Source: an uncultured delta proteobacterium (GTDB taxonomy: Bacteria; Myxococcota; Kuafuiibacteriia; Kuafuiibacteriales; Kuafuiibacteriaceae). Taken from it: 64,000 nt of DNA. Positions 49,776 through 60,898 of the stretch are shown piece by piece. The notes under the pieces were generated by a model. It was not told the origin of the DNA. It saw nothing but the letters and a program-made list of their open reading frames with translations, and searched no databases. Position 1 is the first letter of the stretch. The number at the start of each line of letters is the position of its first letter. Position numbers and translations under genes: made by a program. The stretch spans positions 352,001-416,000 of the forward strand of contig CAWDML010000001.1 of NCBI GenBank assembly GCA_963803435.1. Direction: 5' to 3'.

Positions 49776-50312
49776 ATGCACGCGTTCCGCTGGTCGGCGG
49801 CCCTCGCGCTCATCGCTCTCTCGGCGCCGGGGAGCGCCCAAGCCTCCGAGCTCACGATCCGCTCCCAGTACGAGCCGGAGAGCCGAGCCCATCAGCTCGA
49901 CCTGGTGGTGAGCACGTATGTCGCCGGGGGCTACGTCGGCTTCGTCCCCGGGCTGCTGTACGGCTTCCCGGTCGCCCCGCAGGGCTTCATCTCCTCGCTC
50001 AACGACGCCTTCTACATCGAGGCCGGCCTGTTTCTGGGCGCGTTCTTCGATCCGACCTTCTTCTGGATGACGCCGGTCGCCGGTGTCCGCTGGTGCTTCT
50101 ATCTGACGAAGGAGTGGGCGGTGTTCGCCGCCGTCCGGCTGGGATGGAGCTTCGAGTTCGACGACGAGATCAAGCGCGGTGGCTTCTACGCCGACGGCAC
50201 CATCGGCGCGCACTGGCACTTCAGCGACACCTTCGCGCTGCGGCTCGAAACCGGCGGTGCGCGCTTCGGATACCGCGCGATCGTCGGCATCTCCTGGCAG
50301 ATCGGGATGTGA
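49776..50312 (+). CDS. Small outer-membrane beta-barrel protein
   Basis: Signal peptide; aromatic amphipathic strands; 'GAHWHFSDTFALRLETG...VGISWQI'. Confidence 0.65.
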   Translation: MHAFRWSAALALIALSAPGSAQASELTIRSQYEPESRAHQLDLVVSTYVAGGYVGFVPGLLYGFPVAPQGFISSLNDAFYIEAGLFLGAFFDPTFFWMTPVAGVRWCFYLTKEWAVFAAVRLGWSFEFDDEIKRGGFYADGTIGAHWHFSDTFALRLETGGARFGYRAIVGISWQIGM

Positions 50313-50316
50313 TCGA

Positions 50317-51735
50317 TCAGCGCTTGGCGGCGCGCTTCTGGGAGACCAGCTCCTGGATCCCGAGCTTCTTGATCTTGTGAACCAGCGTCCTCAGCGGCAT
50401 CTGGAGGCGATGCGCCGCCTCCGTCTGGTTCCAGGCGGTCCGCTCGAGCGCGTTGACGATGATCTGGACCTCGGCCTGTTGCATCTGCGACTTGAAGTCC
50501 GCGGCCTCCCCGCCGTCGTCGGGGCTCGCCTCACCGGGCTTGCTCTCCTTGGCCAGATCCTCCGTATCCGGGTCCCCCTGCTTGGCGGAGCGGACGCGTT
50601 CGGGCAGATCCTCCGCCGCGATCGAGCGCCCCGCAGCCATCACCGACGCGCGCTGGATGACGTTCGCCAGCTCGCGGACGTTGCCCGGCCAGGGATACTT
50701 CACCAAAAATCGCAGGGCCGCGTCGTCGATCGCGAGGGCGCGCCGGGGTGAATCCACGCGCTCCAGGAAGTGTCGCGCCAGCGCCGGGATCTCGTCGGGG
50801 CGCTGACGGAGCGGCGGAATCTTCAGCGTGACCGCGTTGAGCCGGTAGAGCAGATCCCAGCGGAACCCGCCGTCCTCGCACATCTCCTCGAGGTTTCTGT
50901 TCGTGGCCGCCACGATGCGGACGTCGACCTCGATCTCCTTCGGCGACCCGACGCGCGTGATCCGCTTGGTCTCGAGGACCCGCAGCAGAGCCGCCTGCGC
51001 CGCGGGCGGCAGCTCACCGATCTCGTCGAGGAATACCGTGCCGCCGTCGGCGCTCTCGAACACTCCTTTCTGCTGCGCGAGCGCGCCGGTGAACGCGCCC
51101 CGCTCGTGTCCGAAGAGTGTGTCCTCGACGAGCTGTGCCGGGATCGCGCCGCAGTTGATGCAGGCCATCGGATGGTGGCTCCGATCGCTCCTCTCGTGGA
51201 GCGCGCGCGCGACCACCTCCTTACCGACGCCGGTGTCGCCCTGGATCAACACCGGGATGTTGGAGCTGGCGAACCGCTCGACGGTCTCGTAGAGCACGAT
51301 CATCGCGGGGCTCTCGATCACCGGCCCGGCTGTGCCCTTTCCCGCGCCGGCGTGCTCGACCCAGCGCGACGCACTCTCGGGCTGCAACAAGATCGCTGCC
51401 ACCGAGCCGAGCGTGAGCTCGTCACCCGGACGCAGCGGCGCGCGCTTGACCGGCTCGCCGTTGATCTTGGTGCCGTTCTTCGAGTCGAGATCCTCGACGA
51501 TCACCACGCCGTCCTCCGCGCTGAGGCAGGCGTGCGTGCGCGAGAGCGATCGCTCGGTGATCACGATGTCGGCGTCCGCGGTCCGACCCACGACGAAGCG
51601 CGTCCCGTCCGGCAGCGCGAGCACACGCGCGCCGTCGGGCGCGTAGACGACCAGGGAGGGCGCGGACTTGGCTTTCGCGACGACCTGGCCCAGGTCGATC
51701 GTATCGTCGCTCGACGCTGGATCGATCGGCGTCAC
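50317..51735 (-). CDS. FHA-domain sigma54-dependent enhancer-binding protein
   Basis: FHA 'VGR...LSRTHA...DLDSKNGT'; 'GDTGVGKE', 'GAFTGA', 'FLDEIGE', 'WPGNVREL'; Fis-type HTH. Confidence 0.95.
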   Translation of the reverse strand: MTPIDPASSDDTIDLGQVVAKAKSAPSLVVYAPDGARVLALPDGTRFVVGRTADADIVITERSLSRTHACLSAEDGVVIVEDLDSKNGTKINGEPVKRAPLRPGDELTLGSVAAILLQPESASRWVEHAGAGKGTAGPVIESPAMIVLYETVERFASSNIPVLIQGDTGVGKEVVARALHERSDRSHHPMACINCGAIPAQLVEDTLFGHERGAFTGALAQQKGVFESADGGTVFLDEIGELPPAAQAALLRVLETKRITRVGSPKEIEVDVRIVAATNRNLEEMCEDGGFRWDLLYRLNAVTLKIPPLRQRPDEIPALARHFLERVDSPRRALAIDDAALRFLVKYPWPGNVRELANVIQRASVMAAGRSIAAEDLPERVRSAKQGDPDTEDLAKESKPGEASPDDGGEAADFKSQMQQAEVQIIVNALERTAWNQTEAAHRLQMPLRTLVHKIKKLGIQELVSQKRAAKR

Positions 51736-51778
51736 CGGACGCCGAGGGTAGAAGGTGGTCGGATCCCGCGCAAGGCGC

Positions 51779-52816
51779 CTACTCGGGCGCGGGCTCGGGC
51801 GCGGGTGGGCTCCTCGGGAGGTCCCACTCGGAGCTCGGCGGGTCCGAGGGCGGCGGCGGCGGGGATTCGGGCGGCACCTCGATGCGGGGCGCCAGCTCGG
51901 CGGGCGGCGGTGTGTCCACGATCCCGGCTTTGGTCATGAACAGCGTCTTCGCCAGGAACAGCGCGGCCAAGACCGTCAGACACAGGAGGAGGACCTTCAG
52001 CGTGCGCGTGCGCTTCTCGCGATCCTCCGTGGGCTGCTTCTTGAGGCTCATGAAGCCGAGGATCACGCCGATCTGCCCCAGGTAGCGGGCCGCCACCGCG
52101 TCGTCGGGCCCGTCCTTCAGCTCGCGGTAGCGCTCGAGCCCGAACTCGAGACGCTGGCGCCGCAGGCACTCCTGGATGAACTCCTGGTGGATGGCGTCGT
52201 CGTCGAGCGAGGCGAGCACCTCGTGCCACTTGGCGCCGAGCACCCGGAAGTCGTCGGCTTCGTGGTGGCCGGGGGCGACCTCCTCGTCGACGACGATCTC
52301 ACCCTTTCGCAGGATGACGCTGGGCGCCTGGCCTTCGGCGCGGCGCGCCAGCTCGAGGAACGAGGAGCGGAACTGCCAGGTCGAGTCGTCCGTCTCGAGG
52401 TGGATCGCCATCCCCTTGTCGTTGGCGCGGATGACCCGCCCGGGCAGAACGGCGCTGTAGCCGCCGGGGACGACCAGCTCGACCTGGATCTGGGTGCGCA
52501 GCGGGAACGACGTGTCGGTATCGATCGACATGCCCGTCACCGAGAGGTTGGTGACGAACCCGACTCCGGGAGGCCCCTTTGGCTTCTTCCAGACCCGGGC
52601 CGCTACGCGCTCAGTGGGGAGGTCATGACGCTCGAACGCGGGCCGCTCGACGCCCGCGATCTGCGCGTGCGCCTTCTTCTCGATCTTCGCGCCCGGACGA
52701 TCGAGGTAACGGACCGGAAGATCGCCGGTCCACGAAACGTCGACCGTGATGTCGATCGACGCGCTGTACGGCGAAGGCTCGACCTTTCGCACGGTTGCCC
52801 GCTGCGATCCTCTCAT
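51779..52816 (-). CDS. PilZ-domain membrane protein (start uncertain)
   Basis: 'RPAFER...TNLSVTGM' PilZ-like motifs; C-terminal TM helix and Pro-rich tail. Confidence 0.65.
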   Translation of the reverse strand: MRGSQRATVRKVEPSPYSASIDITVDVSWTGDLPVRYLDRPGAKIEKKAHAQIAGVERPAFERHDLPTERVAARVWKKPKGPPGVGFVTNLSVTGMSIDTDTSFPLRTQIQVELVVPGGYSAVLPGRVIRANDKGMAIHLETDDSTWQFRSSFLELARRAEGQAPSVILRKGEIVVDEEVAPGHHEADDFRVLGAKWHEVLASLDDDAIHQEFIQECLRRQRLEFGLERYRELKDGPDDAVAARYLGQIGVILGFMSLKKQPTEDREKRTRTLKVLLLCLTVLAALFLAKTLFMTKAGIVDTPPPAELAPRIEVPPESPPPPPSDPPSSEWDLPRSPPAPEPAPE

Positions 52817-52902
52817 TGCTCCCTCGGGGCCACAAGTTCGTGGATCCAGCGCGACTTGACGGCGAGGCGTCGATGGGGGCGCCCTCCCTGGCGGCGCACG
52901 CG

Positions 52903-54945
52903 ATGGATCGTCGGACCTCACAATGGGTGCTCCTCGCGGGTGCGCTCATCCTGTGGTCGCTCTTCCCCGTACCGATCTTTGCGGGCCCGGTCCTCGCGTA
53001 CCTCGCGGTGTGGACGCTGGCCGCACGGTGGGACCTCTCGGTGTCGCCCCGAGCGACCGCGCTGGCGATGATCGTCGGGTCCGCTGCGTTCGCCGGCGCC
53101 GTGATCATGCACGAGGACGAGATCGCGAACAGCGAGCAGCTCCCTGACCTCGACGTCATCCTTCGGGATCGCTGGCGCGCCGCGGAGCTCCCCGCGATCG
53201 CGCCGCCGGTGGTGCGCGCCGATCGGCCGGAGACCCACTACCTGTTTCTCCCGGGGGCGGGCTCGGTGACCGCGCGGTTCGCCGGCTCGGATCGAGACGT
53301 CGCACTGCTCGAGCTCGGTCACGGGCTGTTCCGCGCCGACCTCGATCCACGGCGCGACGGCCCGATCTCCGACACGCTGCTGATCGACGCCGACGGCGAG
53401 CTCACGCGGCGCCACGTCGACGTGGTTCGACCGTCGGTCCATCCTCGACAGCTCTCCTCGCGCCCCGAGCTCGGGATCGCCGCCGCGGTCAGCAACGAGA
53501 CCGACGAGGTGATCCTGCTGCGGAGAGCGGGCGCACCCGAGCGGATCCCGGCGGGCGACCGGCCGACCGACTGCGCGATCGTCGACGCGGGTCGCATCGT
53601 GGTCGTCCATGAGAGCGGGCTGGTGACGCGACTCGGGTCGGACGATCGGATCGATCTCGGCGCGCCGCTCGTGCACGTCGCCCGCGGTGCGACCGATCTC
53701 GCGGTGACCCGCGCCGAACCACGTCCGGCGATCGTGCTCGTGTCCCCCGATCTCCAGGTCGAGCGAGAGATCCCCCTCCCCTTTCCGCCCGATCGGATCG
53801 CGTTCGGACGCGACGGCGAGCTCTTGGTGACGAGCGCCGTCACGCGGACGCTCTATCTGATCCGGGGGGACGCAGTGGCCGCCCGGCGCTTCTTCGGCCG
53901 ACCCGTGGTGACGATGGCCGCGAGCCCCGACGGCGAGCGCCTCTTCGCCGCGATCACCGACTACCGGCCGGATGACGACGCCGGACCCAACCACCACGTC
54001 GAGGATCAGATCGTCGAGATCGACACGGGGACGCTCCGCATCATCCGCCGCGTCCCCACGGCTCCGCACGCCTCTCCCTTCGCCATCGAGGTCGAGCCCG
54101 AGCGCATCACGATCGCCTTCGTGGGGACGGACGAGGTGATCCGCTTCGACCCGAGCGCGTTCGGAGCGCGCGAGCGGATCCCGATCGACCGTCCGACCGG
54201 CGTGGGCGCGCTCGGCGAGGACGCGCTGGTCGTCGCCTCGTCGCCGAACGGAAGGATCGAGCGCCTCGCACCCTCCGGACGCGACGGCTTCAGCTTCTCG
54301 GAGCGAGGGCTGATCGCGGACGGCGAGCGCGCCTTCTACCAGGCCACCCGTGCCGGCCTCTCCTGCCAGACCTGCCACCTCGAGGGCGGCACCGACTTCT
54401 CGCTGCACGACATCGGACAGGACGGCGACCCTCGTCCGACGCTGCCGCTCGGCGGCGTGGCCCGGACCGCGCCGTACTTTCGCGGCGCCAGCTACCCGAG
54501 CATCGCGAAGATCGAGGCCTTCACCACCTCCGTCCTCGGCGGGTACGAGGCGCCAATCCCGGAGCGCGCGCGGGCGCTGGACGCGTTCGTGTCGAGCCTT
54601 CCGAGACCCCCATCGCATCCCCGCCCCGACCCCGGCGCGCTCCGCCGGGGCACCGACGCCTTCGTCAAGGCCGGCTGCAGCTTCTGCCACCGTTTCCCCG
54701 CCTTCACCGATCTCGCACAGTACCCGGAGGGGTTCCTCTTTCCCGGCCGCAAGGACGAGCTTCATCTCCTCGACACTCCTTCCCTGATCGGGGTCGCGGA
54801 CCGCGCGCCGTACCTGTACGACGGCCGCGCGCGCACGCTCGAGGCGGTGCTGATCGACGAGAACCGCGCGCGCCGCCACGGCGACGCTCCCGGGCTCACC
54901 GAAGGCGAGCGGGCCGATCTCCTGATCTTCCTGAGGTCGCTGTGA
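52903..54945 (+). CDS. Membrane-anchored YncE-like beta-propeller plus di-heme cytochrome c (CCP/MauG-like) protein
   Basis: N-terminal TM helices; propeller-like middle; 'SCQTCH', 'TAPYF', 'GCSFCH', 'DTPSLIGV..RAPYLYDGRA.TL'. Confidence 0.8.
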   Translation: MDRRTSQWVLLAGALILWSLFPVPIFAGPVLAYLAVWTLAARWDLSVSPRATALAMIVGSAAFAGAVIMHEDEIANSEQLPDLDVILRDRWRAAELPAIAPPVVRADRPETHYLFLPGAGSVTARFAGSDRDVALLELGHGLFRADLDPRRDGPISDTLLIDADGELTRRHVDVVRPSVHPRQLSSRPELGIAAAVSNETDEVILLRRAGAPERIPAGDRPTDCAIVDAGRIVVVHESGLVTRLGSDDRIDLGAPLVHVARGATDLAVTRAEPRPAIVLVSPDLQVEREIPLPFPPDRIAFGRDGELLVTSAVTRTLYLIRGDAVAARRFFGRPVVTMAASPDGERLFAAITDYRPDDDAGPNHHVEDQIVEIDTGTLRIIRRVPTAPHASPFAIEVEPERITIAFVGTDEVIRFDPSAFGARERIPIDRPTGVGALGEDALVVASSPNGRIERLAPSGRDGFSFSERGLIADGERAFYQATRAGLSCQTCHLEGGTDFSLHDIGQDGDPRPTLPLGGVARTAPYFRGASYPSIAKIEAFTTSVLGGYEAPIPERARALDAFVSSLPRPPSHPRPDPGALRRGTDAFVKAGCSFCHRFPAFTDLAQYPEGFLFPGRKDELHLLDTPSLIGVADRAPYLYDGRARTLEAVLIDENRARRHGDAPGLTEGERADLLIFLRSL

Positions 54946-55475
54946 AGCTGGCGCCGGCGCCGCTCGCACCGCTGGCCGTGATCGCGCTCTTCGCGGTCGC
55001 GCAACCTCACGCAGTGGAGCGGGAGCTCGCGCTGGTGCGGGGCACGGGGTGGCTGGCCGCGGGGCTGCTGTTCCTGGCGATCGCGCCGCTCGGGCGTCAC
55101 CGGCGAACCTTCGGGCTCTGGTCGCTGGCGGCCGGGCTGGTCCATCTCGCGGGCGGGATCCTGACGCCGCTCGTGCCGGAGGCCTCGCTGTTGATCTACG
55201 AGCCCCACCTGCGGTCCGGCGCCGCTGCGCTCCTCGTGCTGTCGTTCCTGGGCGCGACCTCCTTCCCTGCGCTGGTTCGCCGCCTCGGGATTCGCCACTG
55301 GAAGCCGCTGCACCGCGCCGTCTATCCGGCGGCGGCCCTGGTCGTCCATCACATCTTGCTGTCGCCGCATACGCCGCGCTTCGGGGCGATCGCAGTGGCG
55401 TTCGCGATCGCGCTCCTCACGATCGAGAGATTGATCAGAGCTCTTGCACTGCGACGACCAGATGTCGCCCGGTGA
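54942..55475 (+). CDS. MsrQ-like ferric-reductase-type heme b membrane protein
   Basis: 'TGWLA', 'HRRTFGLWS...H', 'LGATS', 'LG..HWKPLHRAVYPAAALVVHH'; GTGA overlap. Confidence 0.75.
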   Translation: MKLAPAPLAPLAVIALFAVAQPHAVERELALVRGTGWLAAGLLFLAIAPLGRHRRTFGLWSLAAGLVHLAGGILTPLVPEASLLIYEPHLRSGAAALLVLSFLGATSFPALVRRLGIRHWKPLHRAVYPAAALVVHHILLSPHTPRFGAIAVAFAIALLTIERLIRALALRRPDVAR

Positions 55476-55902
55476 GCGAGACCCGGAGCGTGGCGCGGAC
55501 CCGGCGTCCGACCATCCGTTCCATGGAGTCCGCCTCGAGCCCGGCCACGTCGGGCGCCGCGTGCAGGACCCGGATCCACCGGCCCTGGTAGAGGACGCCG
55601 TCGCGAAGCTCCTCCACCCGCGTCACCTGCGGCGTCGCGCGCTCGGCCAGGCGCGCGCGCATCTCCGGGGTCACGTCGAAGGCCATCACCAGCACGCCGT
55701 CGTCGGCGCGGAGCAGCTCGCCCTCCGCCACCGACGCCTCGATGCTCTCGTCGAGCGAGCGCTCGGGCGACGAGTACCGGGGCACCACGCGCGCCGCCCG
55801 GTTCTCCCGGTACTTCGCGGTGAGGCTGGCGGGGACCGCTAACGCCGGAAGCGCCGCCGACCACAAGAACAACGAGATCGGGATCGAGATTGTCGTCTTC
55901 AT
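55435..55902 (-). CDS. Hypothetical exported protein downstream of pilY1
   Basis: Signal-peptide-like N-terminus; starts 3 bp after the pilY1 stop. Confidence 0.6.
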   Translation of the reverse strand: MKTTISIPISLFLWSAALPALAVPASLTAKYRENRAARVVPRYSSPERSLDESIEASVAEGELLRADDGVLVMAFDVTPEMRARLAERATPQVTRVEELRDGVLYQGRWIRVLHAAPDVAGLEADSMERMVGRRVRATLRVSLTGRHLVVAVQEL

Positions 55903-55905
55903 CGC

Positions 55906-58900
55906 TCACAGCTCCCTGAAGAAGTAGATGCCCGGCCGGCGCCGCTCGCGCTTGTTGAGCTCGGCGGACTGACGCTTGCTGATGTCGGCGTGGCTCACCA
56001 GCACGGGCGCGTCCCTGGGGGTGAAGAAGAGGAAGCCCGAGCCAATCTCGGTACCGCCGCTCCACGTCTCACGCTCGGAGATCTCCCGGGATCCGTCGCC
56101 GTCCGCGTCGACGGCGGCCTCCGACGAGCAGCTGTCGATCGCGTAGATCCGGTCGACACCGGCGCCGCCGCCGCACTCCGGCGCGGTCAGCGTCGGCTCC
56201 CAGGTCTTGTAGTAGCCGACCTGATCGAACACCAGCGGATCGCGGAGCATGCGCTCGTGGTTGCGAAGCGAGATGAACCAACCGTACTTCCCGCCGAGCA
56301 GGATGGCGGCCGGGTCGATCCGGTTGACATAGCTGACCTCCTTGAGGCCGCTCTGCGTCAGACCGCTCGGCAACGCCTCGTAGTCCCAGATCACGCCGAT
56401 GATGTCGCGGCCGTTGCCGGCGGACGGGTCCTCGAGCTCGTCGAGCGCCGCCGGTCGCTGTACGTTGCCGGTCCCGAAGTAGAGACCGATGACCGCCTGG
56501 CCGGGACAGATCGAGGTGACCAGATCGAGCTTGCGGAAGATCTTGCGGTTATCCTTGTTCACCGCGATCTTCCCGTTGTTCAGGTTGATCAGCCGGCGCG
56601 CGTGGAACGTCTTGCCGCCGTCCGCCGTCCAGGTCTTCCAGATCTGGCCGCACTCGTCGCCCCAGTAGAGCGCCTTCAGGATCCCGGACTGGTCGTAGCC
56701 GCTGAGCTCGGCGCTGATCGGGCAGACCATGTCGGCGAGGTCCGGATCGGTCCGCTTGTCGATGCAGTACGACACCTGTGAGCCCGTGCAGTCGTTGGTG
56801 ACCCGGAGCATCACCGGCGCGAGCGGCGTCTGGGCCGCAAACGCGTCGGGGCCCGCGTTCCAGCGATCGAGGTCGACGATGAACACCGACGGCTTCTCCC
56901 AGGGTACCGAGCGGACCGTAGTCGACCGGCCCGCCGCCGGACACGGGCGGAGGCAAAGCCGAGACCGTCTCGGGCACCCACTCGACGTTGGCGATCGAGT
57001 AGCCGCGATCCTTGCTGTCGTTGCCGTTCGTGACGAAGCGGAGCACGAAGTGCTCATCGTAAATCCAGGGCGACTTGGCGCCGGCCAGGCTGGTCCCGGT
57101 GTAGCTGCCGATCAGGTTCCCCTTGCTGTCCTCGATCCGGAGGTGATCGCTCGACTCGAGGTCGAACTGGTCGAACTCGATGCGCAGCGCGGCCGCCTTG
57201 CGCACGCCGTCGTTGAACGTCAGCGGCTTGGTGGAGTCGTCGAGCGGGACGCCGAGGCCGTCGTAGCACGGCTTCTTCGAGTTTCCCTTGCAGCCGCTGT
57301 AGTAGTTGCTCGCGCACCAGCTGCTCTTGTCGTAGCCGTTGAAGTCGGCGAAGTGACCCTTGCCGGTGCACGACACCTCGATCGCCTTGGAGAGATCCGG
57401 CGGCTCGGGGACCGGCGGCGCCGGCGGCACGATCACCGCGTTCTGATCGACGAGATCGAGCTTACGGATGTGCCCGCTCGCGAAGGCGGCCACCCGGTGC
57501 GTGCTCGCGTCGGCGCCCACGCGGGCGAGCCCCAACCACGGCGCCGACCAGGTGTCCTGGAGCTCCTGGAGGTCGCCCGACGAGGAGGCCACGATCGGGT
57601 TGATCGTGTTCTTCGCGTTGTCGAGGACGCCGCCGGGCAGCTCGCTCACCTTGAGGCTGTAATAGGCGCGGCCGCCGCGCCCGAGACCGAACAACAGGTA
57701 GGCCGTCTCCGTCTTCTGGATGATGCCGTCGCCGTTGGTGTCGTCGTGGAAGAGGCGCGCGTCGCCATCCAGCAGGAACCGGTGCGTGAAGTTGTCGTTC
57801 GGCTGATCCTGGAGATCGCGCATCGCGCTGGTGGCGATGCCCGAGGGTGCCCACAGCTCGCTGGGGATCAGGGCGGTCTTCTCGTCGCCGTCGGCGGCGT
57901 CGTAGAAGTGGACCATGCCGTCGTTACTCCCGGAGACCACATAGCAGGCGCCGGTGATCGGCGTGCCGTCCTTCTTCTCGCAGTCGCCGTAGCGCAGGAG
58001 CACGGGTGCAAAGTCCACGGGATCACCGAGCGGCCAGGCGCTGTAGGCGATCGGCGCGCCGCTCGTGCAGTTGGCGTCGTACGTGTAGCCGTGGAGCAGG
58101 TTGATCAGCTTGTAGTGGTCGCAACCGTTGGCCCACGAGTCGGAGGACTGCCACGTCGTGGGCGTGACCTTGACGTAGCCGCTCTGCCCGCCGCGCCAGG
58201 TGATCACGTTGCGCCGGGTCCAGTGCGAGCCCGTCGGAGTCCCCGACTGAGCACCGATGTGATCGAGCAGCACCTCGCCGGTGCCGCCGTAGTCTGCCGC
58301 CAGGCCGCGGAGGCCGGTGAAGAGGTCGACCGCGTCGGGGTTGGTGTCGAGGGTCTTGCCGTCGGAGGACACGAACAGGCACCCGGTGACGCTCGTGTCG
58401 TAGTCGCCGTTCGCGAGGATGTTGGGGGTGACGCAGTACTTCTTCAAGGTTCCGCGCCAAGGCCCCGAGGTGATCGGCCGGAACGAGGCGGAGAACGCGT
58501 AGTTCTGCGAGTAGAGCGAGCCGGTCTGGATCGCGATCGGAGCGAAGAAGAGCGCGGTTTTGGAGGCGATCGTGGAGACGATCGACTCGAAGGCGGTGCC
58601 GAGCTCGGTGGCGTCGGAGGCGTAGAAGTACTGGCCGCCGCCGTAGGCCGCGATGTTCTGCAGGTTCGAGGGGCTGAAGTCGCCGGGCGCGCCCAGGCCG
58701 ATCGTGTACGTCTTGATGTTCTGGTCGCCCTGGACCTTGCAGAGGAGATCGTCGTTGCGCCGCAGGTAGTCGGAGCCGAGCCAGGGCTTGTCGGCGGAGA
58801 CGCTGAGGTTCTCGACCGGCGGCTTGCACTCGTAGTTGAAGGTGGCAGAGCCTCCGTTCGGATTGCCGTCAGAGAGCATCACGATGTAGTTGGGGCGGCA

Positions 58901-59359
58901 GGCGAGCGTGTTGCTGTCGTCGAAGTAGTCGTGGAAGTACTTCCCGAGGTCGCTCAGCCCTTGCGACATGTACGTGTTGCCCGTGATCGGCACGGCCAGC
59001 GCGCCCGCCTCGAGCACCGCCTTGCTGGAGCCGAAGGGCGCGCGTAGGCTGGTGCCCGAGCCGAAGTCGTAGATCGAGAGGTTGAGCTTGTCGGCCCAGC
59101 GGTCAATCAGGCCGTCGTTGGCGTTCTGGCAGCCCACCAGCACGGCCTTCATCTGCTGGCTCTTGTTGAGGAGCGGATTTCCGAGGTTGTAGTTGGCCGC
59201 GAACCAGCTGCAGCTGCTGGCCTTGAGGCCGTCCGCCATCGAGCAGGAGCGGTCGAGGAGCAGACCCACCTGCGGCAGGACCGTCCCCATGCGCAGGTGG
59301 TCGAGCGCGTCCGGGTACTGGCCGGCCGCAGCCGCCAAAATCATGAGTGCGATAGACAT
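55906..59359 (-). CDS. pilY1: PilY1/PilC-type pilus adhesin (vWA + beta-propeller with CUB-like insertion), frameshift near 56910
   Basis: MIDAS 'DRSCSM', 'LSDGNP'; 'GPWRGTLKKY', 'GSNDGMVHFYDA', 'FGLGRGGRAYY', 'DTWSAP', 'LYWGD', 'LYFGTG', 'GWFI'; lies downstream of the minor pilins. Confidence 0.85.
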
Positions 59360-59368
59360 CGATGACTC

Positions 59369-59866
59369 CTAGTGCGCGTGCCGGCGGCCCTGCAGGAGGC
59401 CGGGCGAAGACGACGCCATCTTGTAGATCTGGGTCTCGACGACCGCCTGGTGGCCGGCGGCGTGTCCGGTCACCTCGAGCTCGTAGACCACCGCACGCAC
59501 GCGCGCGTTGGAGCTCTCGAGAACAGGCGATGTCCGCAGCAGCGCGACCCTACCCTCGTACTCGAGCTCGGCGCCGTCGGCCCGGACCGACGAGAAGACC
59601 GTGTCGGTGGTGGGCGAGGCGTCCGCGGTCAGGTCGTCCGCGCTGAGGTCGGGGAGCAGCGCCCCCATCTTCTCGTCGTTGATGAGCTCCATGGTGCCGC
59701 CCTCAGCCGCCTCCCGCGCCTCGCGCGAACGCCGCTCCATGCCCATGAGATCCTGATCGGAAGTGATCAGGTCGAGGACGACCAGGGAAGAGACCGTTAC
59801 CAGGGCCACCAACAGGGTGACCATGAGCAGCGAGAAGCCGCCGCGTCCTGCTCTCGGTGTTCTCAT
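59369..59866 (-). CDS. pilX: PilX-like minor pilin
   Basis: MRTPRAGRG-G|FSLLMVTLLVALV (no Glu5), 'AREAAEGG'; ATG overlaps the pilW TGA. Confidence 0.7.
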   Translation of the reverse strand: MRTPRAGRGGFSLLMVTLLVALVTVSSLVVLDLITSDQDLMGMERRSREAREAAEGGTMELINDEKMGALLPDLSADDLTADASPTTDTVFSSVRADGAELEYEGRVALLRTSPVLESSNARVRAVVYELEVTGHAAGHQAVVETQIYKMASSSPGLLQGRRHAH

Positions 59867-60898
59867 CAGCGAATCTCCAGCCGGCCCGAGTTCCGGATCT
59901 CGACGGAGGTCCGGATCGCCCAGCGTGCAACATGATTCTGTCTGGCCGCAGGTCGGGACACAGGCGCCCGGCTCCAGCTCCAGCTGGACCGGCGGCTGGA
60001 CACCGACGTCGAAGTCGCTGCGACCGCGGACCACCATTTCGAGGTCCATGCGTAGCCGATCGCGATTCGTGATCTGCGCGTCGCTGGTGATGTCGACCCA
60101 CGCCGATGCGGTGGGATCCCACGACCACAGCGAGACCTGGAGCGTCTCCACCCCGGAGGCCACCGTCCCGCCGCAGTCGAGCGAGGTGCAGGGACGTTCC
60201 GTGGTGACACTGGCGCGACGGAGCTCACCGAGACCGTCGACCGAGTTCACGAACCACACGACGTGCTCGAAGCCGGCGGCGACCTGTCCTTCGGCGTACG
60301 AGGCCGTGAGCGCGGACGGCTCGGAGACGAAGCTGGGGGACGGCTGCCAGGTGAACGCGACGCAGCCGCCCAGGCAGTCACCCTCGCTGCAGGGGGCGGC
60401 GGCCAGGCCGTCGATCCGGGCGGTCATCGCGTAGAGGCCCTGCTGCGAGCTGAACGCCACCACGTCACCCGAGTGGAAGTTGCCGCCCGCGCACATCTGG
60501 CCGCTGGTCGAGTCGAAGTCCGCGATCGTGCGGAAGTCACCGCTGGCGCGGCGGATCCCGAGGTCGTCGGTGGGCACATCACCTGCGGCGAGCGCGAGCG
60601 TCCGGTTGTTGCTCCGGAACTGCGCTCCGCCCTCGACCGTGAAGGTGCCACGGCTGAAGCCGTCGAACCAGCCGCTCGGGCGGTAGCCGATGCCGACCCC
60701 CGCCTGCCGAACGTCGAGCGCCATCATGTCCATGGCGCGGCGCGCCTCCTGATACATGTCGACCTTCTCGGAGGTGAGGCCGAGCAGGCGGGTGTGCTCG
60801 GCCGTCATCGAGACGGCCGCCATCACCAGAAACGAGCTGATCGCGAGGCTGACCACCAGCTCGATCAGCGTCAGGCCGCGTGTCTGTTTCATGTTCAT
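59866..60898 (-). CDS. pilW: PilW-like minor pilin, +1 frameshift near 59940 (apparent fusion to pilX in the ORF track)
   Basis: 'RG|LTLIELVVSLAI', 'DVRQAG'; natural C-terminus 'RTSVEIRNSGRLEIR*' lies in the 59866..60228 frame. Confidence 0.8.
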
